The position numbers and the translations under genes were made by a program. Source: Histomonas meleagridis 2922-C6/04-290x (taxonomy: Eukaryota; Protista; Parabasalia). Taken from it: 64,000 nucleotides of DNA. Numbering within the stretch: position 1 is the first letter of the stretch; each line of letters starts with the position of its first letter. The stretch spans positions 463-64,462 of the forward strand of contig JAANOX010000266.1 of NCBI GenBank assembly GCA_020184695.1. Reading direction: 5' to 3'. Below the pieces are notes generated by a model, which ran no database searches, had not been told where the DNA came from, and saw only the letters and a list, made by a program, of their open reading frames with translations. This document shows positions 22,664-35,494 of the stretch, in pieces.

Positions 22664-23796
22664 ATGCGAATAAGAATAAGAATAAAAAAAACTCACATAT
22701 TTTCATATCTATCACTCTTACCTATAATTTTTCTCTTTTGCTATATTTCATATTCAATAAAAGCATTACCTAAAGAAGTTGATTTTATATCTTCTCTTCT
22801 AACCTCAAATAAACTCATTATATCTGGCATAACAAAATGCATAAATGTTTCCATAAATAATTTTACAACAAATTCAATAGCAAGAAAAGAACAATTTGAT
22901 ATTGTTGAAAATTACATTAAAGAAAATCATCCTATTGTTTCAAGCACATGTTATGTAGGATATTGTGGATTTCAATTAGAAGATTACTGGTATGAAGCAT
23001 TTCATAATAAATCAATTGAAGATTTTGGTGTTTTTGTACCAATTTTTGTTAATTACACCAACTTCTTTCATGATCCTCGTTATTGTGATAATTATCGAAG
23101 TTTTATGGAAGGTTTATTTAATATATTAAATAAAGATTTCTTATATGTCACATTAGTAGCAACCGATGCAGGAATCGAAGCTTATACAGACATGAAAGTA
23201 CCTGACAATGTATTTATTTTGAGTAGTGGTGGTTTAGGTAATGTTCCATTAAATCTATTTTTAAGGGATTTTGAGCCAATTGAAGTTAAAAAAACCCCGA
23301 AGTATACCGCAGTATTTTTTGGGACTGTCGAAAATCATGAAATACGAAGTGAAATGGCACGAATTGCAAGTGAAACGCTCGGAGATAAATTTTTAAAGGG
23401 TTCAACAAGCGTAGAAGAAACAATTGAAATTTATAAAGACGCTAAAGCTATATTATGTCCACGTGGCAATGGTCGAAACTCATATCGATTGACAGAATCT
23501 TTACAAATGGGCTTAATTCCAATTGTTATCTATACTGACATTCCATAGGTGCCTTACTATGATTCCATTGGTTGGAACGATTTCGGATTTGTCATCAAAA
23601 TAGAACAACTTGCTGAAGTACTTCAAAAAGTGGATAAAATGAGTTATAAGGAACTGACAAAAAGGAGAAACAAAATTAAAACTATGTACAAAACACATTT
23701 CTTGCCAAGTGGTGCAATGAATCAAATTGCAGAATTTTTTATTATGGATTTGTAGGATCAGATCTAAGATGCGGAAAGAGAATGTATTCAAAATAA
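22664..23796 (+). pseudogene. Exostosin-like (GT47) glycosyltransferase, type II membrane, disrupted
   Basis: TM anchor, then AVFFGT...ILCPRGNGRNSYRLTESLQMGLIPIV. In-frame TAG at 23546-23548 in DIP*VPY (likely Trp). A probable 1-nt loss near 23742 hides a GFVGSDLRC C-terminus. Confidence 0.7.
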
Positions 23797-23949
23797 CTAT
23801 AACATATAAACTTTCGAATGTTAATTATATCTTTGTATTTTTGAAATCTACCTAATGTTCAGTTGGTAACTAAAAAGTATCACATATTCTATGTATTATA
23901 CCGAAAGTGACAAAGGCTCGTTTATTTTTACTGGTTCCATATAAGAAAA

Positions 23950-24615
23950 ATGATTTCAAGCGAAAATGTTTCATTTATTGATGGAAGTAGTGATGCGTTA
24001 GAGCCAGCAGACGAAACAAATATTGAATTAAATCAACAAAATTCAACAATGGATTTTATTATTCATGAAGATCCATCAGAGATAATTGAATCACTTGAAA
24101 GCGATTTTACTCGCATTTCAGAAGATATACGAATAGAAAAAGAAAAAAATGAAAAATTGAAATTATCTTATTCAAACACATTGAAAGTAACAACAAACAA
24201 GCAAAAGCAAATTCTTAATAAGTTGAAAAATCTCCTTAAAAAAGATTCAGAAAGTGAATCTGTACAAGAAGCACTTGACTTAATCGGAAACATCGAACCT
24301 GATGATAATGTTCCTCAAGAAAAGCCAGCTCCTCAAGTAAAAGAACTCGAAAAGAAGGCCCAACAAATTAAATCAAATGTTGAAAAACAACAATTAGAGA
24401 ACAAAAACCTTAAACAGTTAATAAAAGAACGTAGAAGCGAACGTGATGATTTAAAATATCAGCTTGAAGAAATAAATTCGCAAATTGAAGAAGAGAAAGA
24501 AAAGCGAATCCAACTCAAAGAAAAGTTTAAATCCATTGCAGAGAATGTTAAAAAACGTGATGCATATTGGAAAGAAAAGATTCAAAATCTTGAATCACAA
24601 ATCAACGATCAATAA
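23950..24615 (+). CDS. Coiled-coil protein of unknown function
   Basis: Intact 221-aa E/K/Q-rich ORF from ATG to TAA. Confidence 0.7.
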   Translation: MISSENVSFIDGSSDALEPADETNIELNQQNSTMDFIIHEDPSEIIESLESDFTRISEDIRIEKEKNEKLKLSYSNTLKVTTNKQKQILNKLKNLLKKDSESESVQEALDLIGNIEPDDNVPQEKPAPQVKELEKKAQQIKSNVEKQQLENKNLKQLIKERRSERDDLKYQLEEINSQIEEEKEKRIQLKEKFKSIAENVKKRDAYWKEKIQNLESQINDQ

Positions 24616-25429
24616 CCGTTAACCGTCGCACAACTGTTTGATGATGCTGAAGATTTGTTTAATTTAAAATTAAAATGAAAATGTTAAATATATTCCATTT
24701 GACATCAACTCTGAAGCGCAACGATCATAAAACAAAATGAAATTGCAATATGAAAATCTAAAAATTTGATTTGATAATTATACAAAATTAAAATTAAGTT
24801 CACCAAAGCAAATGTAATTTCTTTCAATGCGCAACAAATCCAAAAAGTCGAAATCCAACACAAATACAAAACAGTAAACCATATTTGTTGTAACGTGTTT
24901 TTCATTTCATAAAAATTTTTATTAAGAATTCTTAATCTAGTTTTATGTGATTGATTAAATGGAGCATTTTGATCATTACAATCTTCAGTTCTTAAAAAAA
25001 AAAAGAACGAGTTCCATCATTATTTACTGCAACTAATTCACGTAATATATTTTATAAAATATATTATTCTAGAAGAAAAAATTGAAATAAATTTCAGCAT
25101 ATTTACTATCTTTGTAAATAAAACATTTTTTAATCACTCAAATTGTATTTATTTTTATTGATTTCGGTAATTTGGTATTTACCCTTTTCATTTTATTAGT
25201 CACTTTTTGAATAAAAAGTGTATACAATGATAGGTTTTTTAAAAATTAATAAGCCTACAAGAAATGCCATTTTAACGTTTTTGGGGACAGGTCCAGTGTA
25301 TCGTAGTTGCTGATGATATAAATAATAGGGTTTTCCGATGAATAGGAACAAATCCAGTGGCTAGTGTCTATTTATACATCTTAAGCCAAAACACAAGTTT
25401 GAATGAAAATAAGTGGAAATCGAAAAAGT

Positions 25430-27860
25430 AGAATTAATTTGGTATTGTCATAATATTGAAAAATGGATTTGCAACATGTAACGACTTGGTTACTTGGTGT
25501 AATTGTTGGATAATATTATCAGTTAGAATATCTCTAATAACATTTGAAATTTTGATTGTTATTACAAAATCTGGTTGGTTACACAAGTGAAAAAGAGATG
25601 ACCAATAGCATCATGAAATAGAGCATGATTCATATTTTTGTTCCTCTTCTTTGGAGAGCATAATTTTTAATTCTGGTCATTGCTCTCATTTGGCCGATGA
25701 AAAACCACTCAATTTTACGTTGGATATTAACGGACGAATATTTGGTTAGCTCGAACAAAAGTAAATTGAAGTTCTTCTTATCAAAAAGTAGACGTTATTG
25801 AAACTTTTTGAATTATAATTCAGTTGTTCAAAAATTAACGCTCAAGAATGTCTTCTGCACAACTTGAAAAAAAAGAAAAAAAACTCAGGCATCCTGAATC
25901 CTCAATGAATAGTGCCAAAGTAGTTTTATGTAATTCCATAAAAGATCTCCTTCGGGTATGATGAATGGTGCTCCAGGATTTGAAAGGAATTGAACGTATC
26001 GGATTTTTCGATTTTGTAAACCATGCAAATAAAACATGTTTTTCAATGCTTATTCAAATATTTTCATGTTTGTGAGAAAATATTTGCTCATTCAATTGTG
26101 TTTCAATAAAAATAATTTCGCCTAAAATATTCTATGGAAATAAAAAATGACATATACGATACAACAAAAATTTGAATGCTTTTGAAAATTCTTAATATTA
26201 TGACGAGGAAATTGAATTGATTCAATTTTCAATCAACAATTCGTATCGTTGCATTCATCATTAAACTTTGATATGTTTAAAAATCCGATGAATTTAATAC
26301 AAAATAGTAAAAACATAATTTTGTTAAGATCCAGCACTCGATCGCATATGTTATACCGAAGTTAATTCATGTTCATATTAATATCAAATCATATAAAAAA
26401 ATATTTACGCGAAAATTAGATGAATATTCGATGCAATAAATCAAATATGTATTTATTATCATAATGTTATTCGACTTGAATACGATATTCCATTTTTAAT
26501 GAGATTATATGATACATTTTATATAAATTAGATATTATAAGCCTATTCACGTATCGAAAATATATATTTTGATCAATACCATAATTAAAACACGGATCAA
26601 AATTGAGCCATTTAATGAATCATTAAATTTTCAATATATAAATAATATATTCATTAACATGAACAATTATATTCTGAAAATAAGTATATAAGAATATGTC
26701 AATATTTACAATTTTTAATTGATAAGAATACTTTCGTCACAATAAATGTTTTAAATTGGCAATAATAATATGTTTAATATAATAATCAACTTTATATAAT
26801 AATATAATATACACATAATGATATATATATTTTGCATGTGATATATTGTATGATATAATAAAAATCAAACGATATTAATAGAAAATATAATCGGTTATTT
26901 ACAACATTAATTTTATTATTTGAATATTAAAATACATAAATCGTTATAATGCTGAACGACTATATATAATTAATAAAATAAATAAAAATATATAGTTCGT
27001 GATGATATATTGGCTGGCGTATATTAATCATTGTGTTAATCGTATTTTAATTTAAATATGATAATGGAATTGAGGTATTACAGAAATATGAGGTCATTAA
27101 TTAAGTATCATATGAAAAATGTTTATTCATAATTAACTGGAAGTATAAATAATAACGACATTTTTCATGGATGAATTTTAATTTTGTTATAATCGCTCGG
27201 ATTTTTGATTTTTATTCAGAAAAGCATCAAATTTTTAAACATATCAAAGTTTAATGATGAATGCAACGATACGAATTGTTGATTGAAAATTGAATCAATT
27301 CAATTTCCTCGTCATAATATTAAGAATTTTCAAAAGCATTCAAATTTTTGTTGTATCGTATATGTCATTTTTTATTTCCATAGAATATTTTAGGCGAAAT
27401 TATTTTTATTGAAACACAATTGAATGAGCAAATATTTTCTCACAAACATGAAAATATTTGAATAAGCATTGAAAAACATGTTTTATTTGCATGGTTTACA
27501 AAATCGAAAAATCCGATACGTTCAATTCCTTTCAAATCCTGGAGCACCATTAATCATACCCCAAAAATCATCCAAATTGTTTGAAAAAGCCTTGTGATTA
27601 ATTAAACAACTCTTTCCCCAAATGTTCACTCAAATAACTTTAAAGAATGCTTTCATAAAGATGTTGTCATTTGAGATATCATAACAAATTGATTCTTTAA
27701 TTGAGACGAGTTTATCATACTATTGAAGTTTGTTCCACTCCATGCAAGAAAGAAAGTGACAAAATCTTTGATGGGGAAGAAATTGAGAAACAGCAGATAA
27801 TTTTGGCAGTAATTTATTTCCATCAATCACACCATTGAGTCCTTTGAACAGTTTCGATTT
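25430..27860 (+). mobile_element. Degraded repeat family B (SWIM-like, probably MULE) interrupted by a foldback element
   Basis: 25430-25953 and 27562-27860 match, in inverted orientation, the continuous region at about 55185-56170. Confidence 0.6.
25954..27561. mobile_element. Non-coding foldback element family A, copy 1 (about 337-bp TIRs)
   Basis: 25954-26290 is a near-perfect reverse complement of 27225-27561. The AT-rich interior is homologous to copy 2. Confidence 0.85.
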
Positions 27861-28103
27861 GAAATATCAAAAAATATGAACATGAATATCTTTAAAATGG
27901 ACACTAAGATTTTTTTCTCATAAGTAAAAAGTTTATTTTTTTTTCATTAGTTAATAAATAAATTTTAAGTATAAAGAAAATCGTACAGAGAATTCATCTG
28001 GTTTTTGTGTAGTCAGTGACCAACGATTCGCAATATATATGGCGAATAAAGAATTATTTCAAAGACAACAAGTTTCTATAAAATATGAATTTTTTGTATG
28101 AAA

Positions 28104-29854
28104 TCAATATCCAACAAGATCATGATAATATATTTTTAATTGCTTTAAATTTGATTCAGTATATTTCTTTAAATCATCTTTTGCTTTGTTAATTTCATCT
28201 TGTGTTACCTTCAATAAGTTCTCATTTAGTTGAGCTATTTCTTTAATTTTGCTTTTTACATTTTCCTTTAATGTATTAAGTTCATTTATTTCTTCACTTA
28301 AAAATAATTGCATTTGTTCTGATACATTCTTAATTATGTTCTGCTTTAATTTCTTTTATCCCAATATATTGCGTATAATTAATACCATTTTGTTGCATGA
28401 CTTCAATTAATTGTGAAAGATTCATTCCAATATGAATATTATTTGATCCATTTGTTTCAATTTCTCCAATTTTCATTTGTTCTGTTTTAATATCTCAGTT
28501 TTTTATTTTTGGTGGAACATTAATTGTTTTTTCATTTGGAATTTTGGAATTTCTTGTAGGCAAAACCTTTGTAAAGTTTCCATCTTCTGCATATATGTCT
28601 ATATTATTATTATTATTGTCATATTGATTTTGTTGATATACATCAATTTGTACTCGTTTGTTTAAATAAGAGTTTGGTTCTAATGCACCTGCTAAATAAG
28701 CTGTTCCTTGTGCAATATATTCGTATTGAATAGGATTTGGCTTAACTTCTTGTGATTGAAATAAGCGAGAAATATTACGTAAAAATGGGTTAACGCGAGA
28801 TCCACCGCCTATAATCACCAAATCATTATAACTCTTTATATTAGCATCTCGATATGCTTCGAGAATAGGATCCTTGATTTTTTAGGCAAGTTCCTGAATA
28901 CTTTTTTCGAATTCGGAACTTTCAAAGTCAAATTCGAATCCATTGGGCAATTCTTTACATACAAAATTTATGTTCATTTTGATTTTTTTGTTAATATATA
29001 ACTTTTCTTTAGCTGTGTTTGCAGCATAATAAATATTTAATAAATGTGTTTTGGAAAGTTGAATTCTTGGATATTTCTCTTTGATTCTATTTACGAAAAG
29101 TTATTGAACTATTTTTGTTACATTTGAGCCTCCAAAACGTGTATCGCTTATTGAACTCAAAACTTGAACATTAATTGGCTTTTCCCCTTTTAGTTTATTA
29201 TAACAAATAGATACAACATTCATAGATGTGTCACCAATGTCAATAAAAATGACATATAAATTTTTATCTTTAAATTTCTAATAATTATCAACTGCATACT
29301 TAACTGCGGCTGCTGTTGTGGAGTTAATTGTACATATGCAGTCAACGCCAGCAATTGAGGCAGCATCAAAAATTGCTTGTCTTTGTTGAATATTAAACCA
29401 AGGTGGAACAGTGATTACACAACGCGTAAAGTTCGTTGTTGTAAATGCATATTCTTGGTATTGAACATAAGAAAAAATTGTTTTGAGTAAGTACGCAATG
29501 CATTATTCAACAACTTTGGTTTGATTTGGAATTCTTTTTTTCCATTATTAATAATGATACCTGTAAATTTATCATCTAGCTCGCAAAGATCAAATACAAA
29601 CTGCAATTCAATATGTTCATTACTATTGAACTTTAAACCAATTAATTTATTTAAATCATAAATAGTTATTATATTAGGCACTAAATTGCTGGAAGCATCT
29701 GTGTCGCCAGGGTATCGAGTTGTTGGTGTAAAATAAACAAATGAAGGAGTAAATTGAATCTGTCTCTAACTCCTATATTTACTTCTGAAAGTATGCTACC
29801 TACGATTCTTTTGTTTCCAAGATCAATTCCTAAAGTTGGTATTACCCTCATCAT
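28104..29854 (-). pseudogene. HSP70-superfamily pseudogene
   Basis: TLGIDLG, TPSFVYFT, IYDLNKLIG, VITVPPWF...QRQAIFDAASIAG, FIDIGDTS, FGGSNV and IIGGGSRVNP motifs, with at least 3 in-frame stops and several frameshifts. Confidence 0.85.
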
Positions 29855-30189
29855 GAGGAAAATTGGTTTCAAAAAAAGCCATTTTGAATAACTTTTTGTT
29901 GATTCAAAACCCGCCGCCAAAAAACGAATGGATTATCGTTTTACGTAGAAAATCTTATCGTTCTCTATGACACTTTTGCGATAGAGCTTACAACATGCAA
30001 ATCGTGATATAAAACCTTTGATGTAAAGTCTTAAAGTAAAAATGTTTTAAAAAAGATATCAATATGAATAAAATTCTCAAAACATTTACATAAAATTTTA
30101 AATGATTAATAATATGAATTTGATATCAAATTTTTACTAACAAAATGAAATTTTCCCTTTTAAACCACGATAAAATTTCATATATGAAA

Positions 30190-31300
30190 TTATCTTAATT
30201 TTATAGGCAATTGTATTACTATTTCTTCATCATCTTTATCTTTATTATATTCGTCTTTTAAAATATTGAGATATTCCAAATTTTTTTTCAACATTGGTAA
30301 CTTATCAATGAATGTATTAATTTTGGAAGCATTTCTCTTTAAGAATTTATATCTATAAATAAAAGAGATCGAAGATATAAATGAAGTAAAAAGGACATCG
30401 AAATGTTTTGGAATATCAAAATTATCAGTTGAAATATAATTTTGTATTTTAAGAAGAAATCCTTCAGTGAGTTCCATTGGACCATTAAAACAAATTTTCA
30501 TGCATATTTCCCATTTCGGACCGACAAATATATCCTTTTCTTCTTGCATTATTTTATCATAGATCGAAGTAATGATATAACTTGGACCACGTTCAACACA
30601 AACGCAAACCAATTTCGATAAGATTGGATGAACAGAAAATGTGTTATAATTCGAATATATTTTCATGACAATTCGTTTATATATCAAATCATTAGTTTCA
30701 TTTAATATATATATATATGCATCAATATGTTGTTCATTTTTTTGAATATCTTTAGCAAAAAATAATTCGATGAATTCCACATCAATAATAAAATATTTTA
30801 ATATCGAGATAAGTAAATTGGTAAAAGTTGGAAATGAATTGGATTCTGAATATGATATAATGGTCTGAGAGGTTTCTTGTATTTGTTGTTCCATTAAAAG
30901 TTGTGAATCATATGCTTTTATAAGAAGTTCACAAACTGAATCTTTGATTTGATCACTAATATCGATTTGGCCTAATAAAGGAACTGCAACCTTAAATACT
31001 TCATTTTGAAAAGCATACTGTGGTACAAAAAATTTGCTTTGAATGGAAATTAGAAAATAAATGCCTGATTTATATAAAATTAATGTCGGAAGAACTGAAA
31101 CTAATTCACGAAGAAACCACATTTGATTCCTACTGCCTTTATAAAATTTTAGAATTCGTCTTCTGCCATCAATAAAATTAATTATTTCAGAAATGGAGCC
31201 ACGCATTTGTTTAAATGACCTGTACTTATTAAAGCTTCCTGTTTTATTTGGTGATTGTGATCTATGTCGTCTGGACGAACGATGATGATGGTGTCTTTTG

Positions 31301-31332
<32 letters not shown>

Positions 31333-31341
31333 TTTTCCCAT
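30190..31341 (-). CDS. Helical-repeat protein with His/Arg/Ser-rich N-terminus (possibly divergent Pumilio-like)
   Basis: Intact 383-aa ORF with a (CAT)n-encoded poly-His tract. SVHPILSKLVCVCVERG weakly resembles PUF repeats. A CCACTTTT motif lies upstream. Confidence 0.6.
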
Positions 31342-32069
31342 TAAAACGAATTCGGCTTATGAAAAGTGGCATATATAAAAAGTTCACTTTTTTACGTTAA
31401 TTCAAAAATGAAAAATCACCGAAATTGTACAATTACTACTGTAGTAAGTCAAAAATGTTGCTGAAATTAACGGTCGATATATCACCACTTTTTGCATAGT
31501 TTACATATAATCAACAATATATTTGACGATTAAAATTAATCTACAATTTTTCTTGAAGTCGCTTCATATCTACTAAATATGTGTTGTGTACGGAAATTCT
31601 CAAAAATCATTCAATTTTCGAGTAAACCACTCAAATTATGAAGAATTTGAAATAATTGCTTGTCGTTAAAGCGTTAGAAAAGTGACGGATGCATTTTTGG
31701 GATTTTTTGTACACCAGCTGTACGTAAATTCCGTACTGTACTGCAACCGTTGGGAAACCCTGTTGGGAAATTTGAGTATGTAGTATCCAAAAAGTGGAGG
31801 CCCCATTTAATCAATACGGAGAAATTGAATAAGGTGTAATTTGCATCCAAATATTGGCTCTCAATTGGAATGTTTCGAAAGATTTTAAAAGTTTCGAAAG
31901 TTATCAGAAATAAAAATCAAACATATACAAATTAAACCAATCTTCTCAAACTTATGCCAAATTATTCAAACTTTAACCAAATCTATATAAAGTTCCGACT
32001 TTAGCAAATTTTACAAACTTTTGTGAACTCATTCGATTTTGAAAACATGAAATTCTCTAAATTTTTTTA

Positions 32070-32870
32070 ATGAATTTTAATTTTGAAGCTGTCGAAGAAA
32101 ATGAAAAACAGGAAATTGATCCTCTCATTGATGGAATATCAAGTGATAATGAAGAAGATTCAATGAAATATAATGCAGATTTTATTATTAGTCAAGAAGA
32201 TGATCATATGATTAGAACATTGACAAATTTCAAATGTCGAGAATTTTTAATACTTTTCCAAGTCATAGAACCTTATATGGAAAATGCTCATACAGGTGGA
32301 AGAAAATCAAAACTTTCAATTATAACAATGTTTTTAATAGAATTATGCTTTTGTAAGCATGCTTTGAGTTTTGTTTTCCTTCAAATGCAATTTGGTTATG
32401 ACAATTCCTATTTGGAGAGAATTGTCTTTCAAACAATCTCAATTTGTCATATGATTTTATTTAATTTTGCAGTTAGATAAATTTCACGAGAAGAAAACGA
32501 AAGAGATGGAATTTTATTTGAATATTTTCCTTTTGCTACATGTGCTATTGATGCTTCTGTACAAGAAGTATCAAAATCAAACTTAGATTGGTATTCAGGA
32601 AAACATAAGAAACATTGTATCAAAATGCAAGCAGCTGTTGGTGCAGAAACACCTTTTAAGAAAACAAGAAACGGACTAACAGCACAACAACATAATCACA
32701 ATGAAAATTTCAGTCATGATAGAGTCATTGTTGAAAGATGGTTTGGTAGACATGAAAGTTTATGGAAAATCATGTTTTTAAAATTTTCCTTTAAATTAGA
32801 TAGATACGAAATGAAGTATATATTTTGTAGTGCTTTAACAAACTTTCATATTTCTTGCTCGAGATATAAT
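32070..32870 (+). mobile_element. ISL2EU/PIF-Harbinger-type (IS5-like DDE) transposase pseudogene
   Basis: HTH-like N-terminus, then CAIDAS...YSGKHKKHCIKMQ and PFKK...LT..Q..N..SHDRVIVERWFGR. In-frame TAA at 32478; an internal deletion removes the second Asp; 3' end truncated. Confidence 0.8.
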
Positions 32871-33107
32871 CGAACAATTTCTACATTGAGAATTAATATC
32901 AGTATATTGTTCATTAAAAAAATATCGTTTTTCATTAATTTGTATAAAACACTCATTTTCAATGACGACTATTGAACATTTAGTTGTTAAAAAAGTAATT
33001 ATCATTTTTGCTTGTCTAGTGCAAGGAGAAGGTAGGTTAATATCAATTCTATTGTAATGGTATACATCATATGAATTTATTGTGTAATCAATGGTTTCAT
33101 TAAACAT
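32871..33107 (-). pseudogene. Truncated ORF of the Maverick-like relic
   Basis: Starts at TATATAAATG, in tandem with the next relic gene, and abuts the broken end of the ISL2EU fragment. Confidence 0.4.
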
Positions 33108-33158
33108 TTATATAATATAAAAATATTTCAGGAATTCTACTTATCAAAACACAACTTT

Positions 33159-33958
33159 TTACAACACAACTGTCTTTCTATAATTAAACATGAATACTAA
33201 TTGAATAATAAATCTACAATGAATTGGATATATAGGATTCTTCCCATCAGAAGTAAATTTTATATTAAAAGTATATCCGTCAGAAGGAGCGTAATAAATA
33301 ACAGTAGGTTTTTCATTAAAATCACCTTTGATACCAATGAATTTTCTCTTACTATCACTAAAAATGCATGGAATTCTAAATATTCTCTATTCCAAACATT
33401 AGTAAAAGTTTTACTATTATAGAAGTTATTAAGTATATCTTCATTGGTGGGATTCTGATTTATAAATATTAATAAATTATTTATGTTGGTATCAAATAAG
33501 TTATCAGTAGGATTAACAAATCTGTATTCATGATCACAATTAATAGTAAGTTCTCCTGTTGTATTTATAATGATAATCAAATGTATAATTATTATCATTA
33601 AACGCAGCATCTCTTAAGAGAATTATCAATTGATTAAATAAGTAATTACTTCTAATAAATTATTATGACTCATTATTTGAATACTAACTATAGTTTCTTT
33701 TTGTTCTTCATCTCCATTTTTTACAATACATTTTAATGCAATTACATGTGAAGTAGGAATGATTTCTAAACGTCTTATTCCAACTACTTTATTTTGACTA
33801 CAGGAATCTAATTCACGTTGTGGATGACGAAACGTATAACCATTATTTTTATTTACATTAGTTAAATCTCTTTCATATTCTTCAATATCTAAATTAGTAT
33901 GATTTTCTTCTATAGGTAATTCTGATGCATGAGTAGTAAGTTGCTTTTCAGTTCTCAT
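33159..33958 (-). pseudogene. Relic gene A, copy 1 (frameshifted paralogue of 38422-39243)
   Basis: TNLDIEEYERDLT, SQNKVVGIRRL and VSIQIMSHN are shared with the intact copy; several frameshifts. Confidence 0.75.
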
Positions 33959-33975
33959 TTTAATTAGTATAAAAT

Positions 33976-34335
33976 ATGATTGAATCTAATAGAATTGAAA
34001 CTATACTTAAATCTTTAATGAATAAAAATAGTGTAGTATATCCTAATTATAGTAAGAATTCTGATACCTTATCTAATGGCATATGTTCATTAACAATTAA
34101 TAGTGTAGATAAATCATTTATAATATTTACTTATGGAAGATGTCATTTAATAATTAATCCTCTAGATTCCAGTATCAAAGGTCTTATTTTAATAAACGAT
34201 ATTTTAGTAAGTGATATTATTACAGGATCTAATATTATGAATAATGCTTATCTATCTTAAATGTTTAGTAATATTAATAATATATTAACTATATATGAAG
34301 AATTCATTAAAATCAATGAAGAAAATAATAACGTT
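33976..34335 (+). pseudogene. Relic gene B, copy 1
   Basis: SNGICSLTI.S.DKSFI...INPLD.SIK.L.LINDILVSDIITGSNIMNNAYL is shared with the inverted copy at 38040-38406. Confidence 0.65.
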
Positions 34336-35340
34336 AGTATAAATGACATGTTATTGATAATGTTATTCATTAATGTAATGTATATTGTTATTCATTAGTG
34401 TATTATATAATGTTATTAATATTGTTATTCATTAGTGTATTGTATAATGTAATTAATATCGTTATACATAAATAAATATAACAATAAATGATCGATAATA
34501 AATAATGATAAATATAATGTTTAATAATAAATAATGATGAATGATAAATATTTAAAATACATTATGATGGATAATAATGAATATATAAATGCATAAATTA
34601 GCATATAATGTTTTAATAATCATCAACTAAATTTTGAATGCAATCTAATTGAGATTTAAAAATTTAATTTAATCAAATCAATAATAGCGCATATAAAAGT
34701 GCCAATGCATTTCACATTCTCATTATCAACTTCATTAAATAATGCTATTTAGATAAAATTAAAAAAAATAAAAAAAATCACCAATTTGTAGTATAAATAA
34801 TTATGAATCAATGTTCATATCACTTTCAATATGAATAAAACAATTTACATATTTCGACAAATATTTGTGTTTGAATGCATACTTGGTCAACTATTTCATG
34901 TAAACGTTTTTCAATTAAAATCACAGAGATGCCACTTTTGAAGTCCAGATATATCATACAAAAAGTCGAAACATGAAAAAAATTAATAATAAGTTATTAT
35001 ATTTATCAACATAGAATCAATTTTTTCTAATAGCATTTAAGATTTATATGTTATAATAGATGGTGAATTTAACCATATGTATAAATTTCAAAAATATAAA
35101 TAAAATTTCTAATGCTCAATAATTTTATCAAAATTAGGAATTATATGAAATTAATAGTGCATTTACGTCTTTTCTTGCATAATTTATCACAGTTTGATAT
35201 AAAAATTATAAATTTAATTTTTGAATTTTTTGAAATTTTAAAAAAATTGTTTTTTCGGCGGTTGTCATCACATCGCATTCAAAAAGTGGAGAATTGTGGG
35301 AATAACCGTCAAAAAGTGGGTACAAAAAAGGAACAGTTAG

Positions 35341-35494
35341 CACATATAAGTGAGAATAAACATATATAATAAAAAATTAATAAGAATAAATGAGAATCAG
35401 CACATATAAGTGAGAATGAACATAAGACAATGAAATGAACACATATAAGTGAGAACAAATACAGTTAGTGAAAATAAGCACATATAAGTGAGAA
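35341..35494 (+). repeat. Four exact 16-bp direct repeats CACATATAAGTGAGAA with variable spacers
   Basis: Copies start at 35341, 35401, 35440 and 35479. Confidence 0.9.

Noticed and set aside
24705-24905. 66-aa hydrophobic ORF as a small membrane protein
   Set aside because: No recognisable family, and such composition arises easily in T-rich strands. Unsupported without expression data.
28104-29854. RIP-like CpA>TpA hypermutation as the source of the nonsense codons
   Set aside because: Any transition creating TAA or TAG is CpA>TpA on one strand, so the pattern is uninformative without an aligned intact copy.
35341-35494. CRISPR array
   Set aside because: The repeats are only 16 bp, the spacers are low-complexity and partly similar to each other, there are no cas genes, and the context is eukaryotic.
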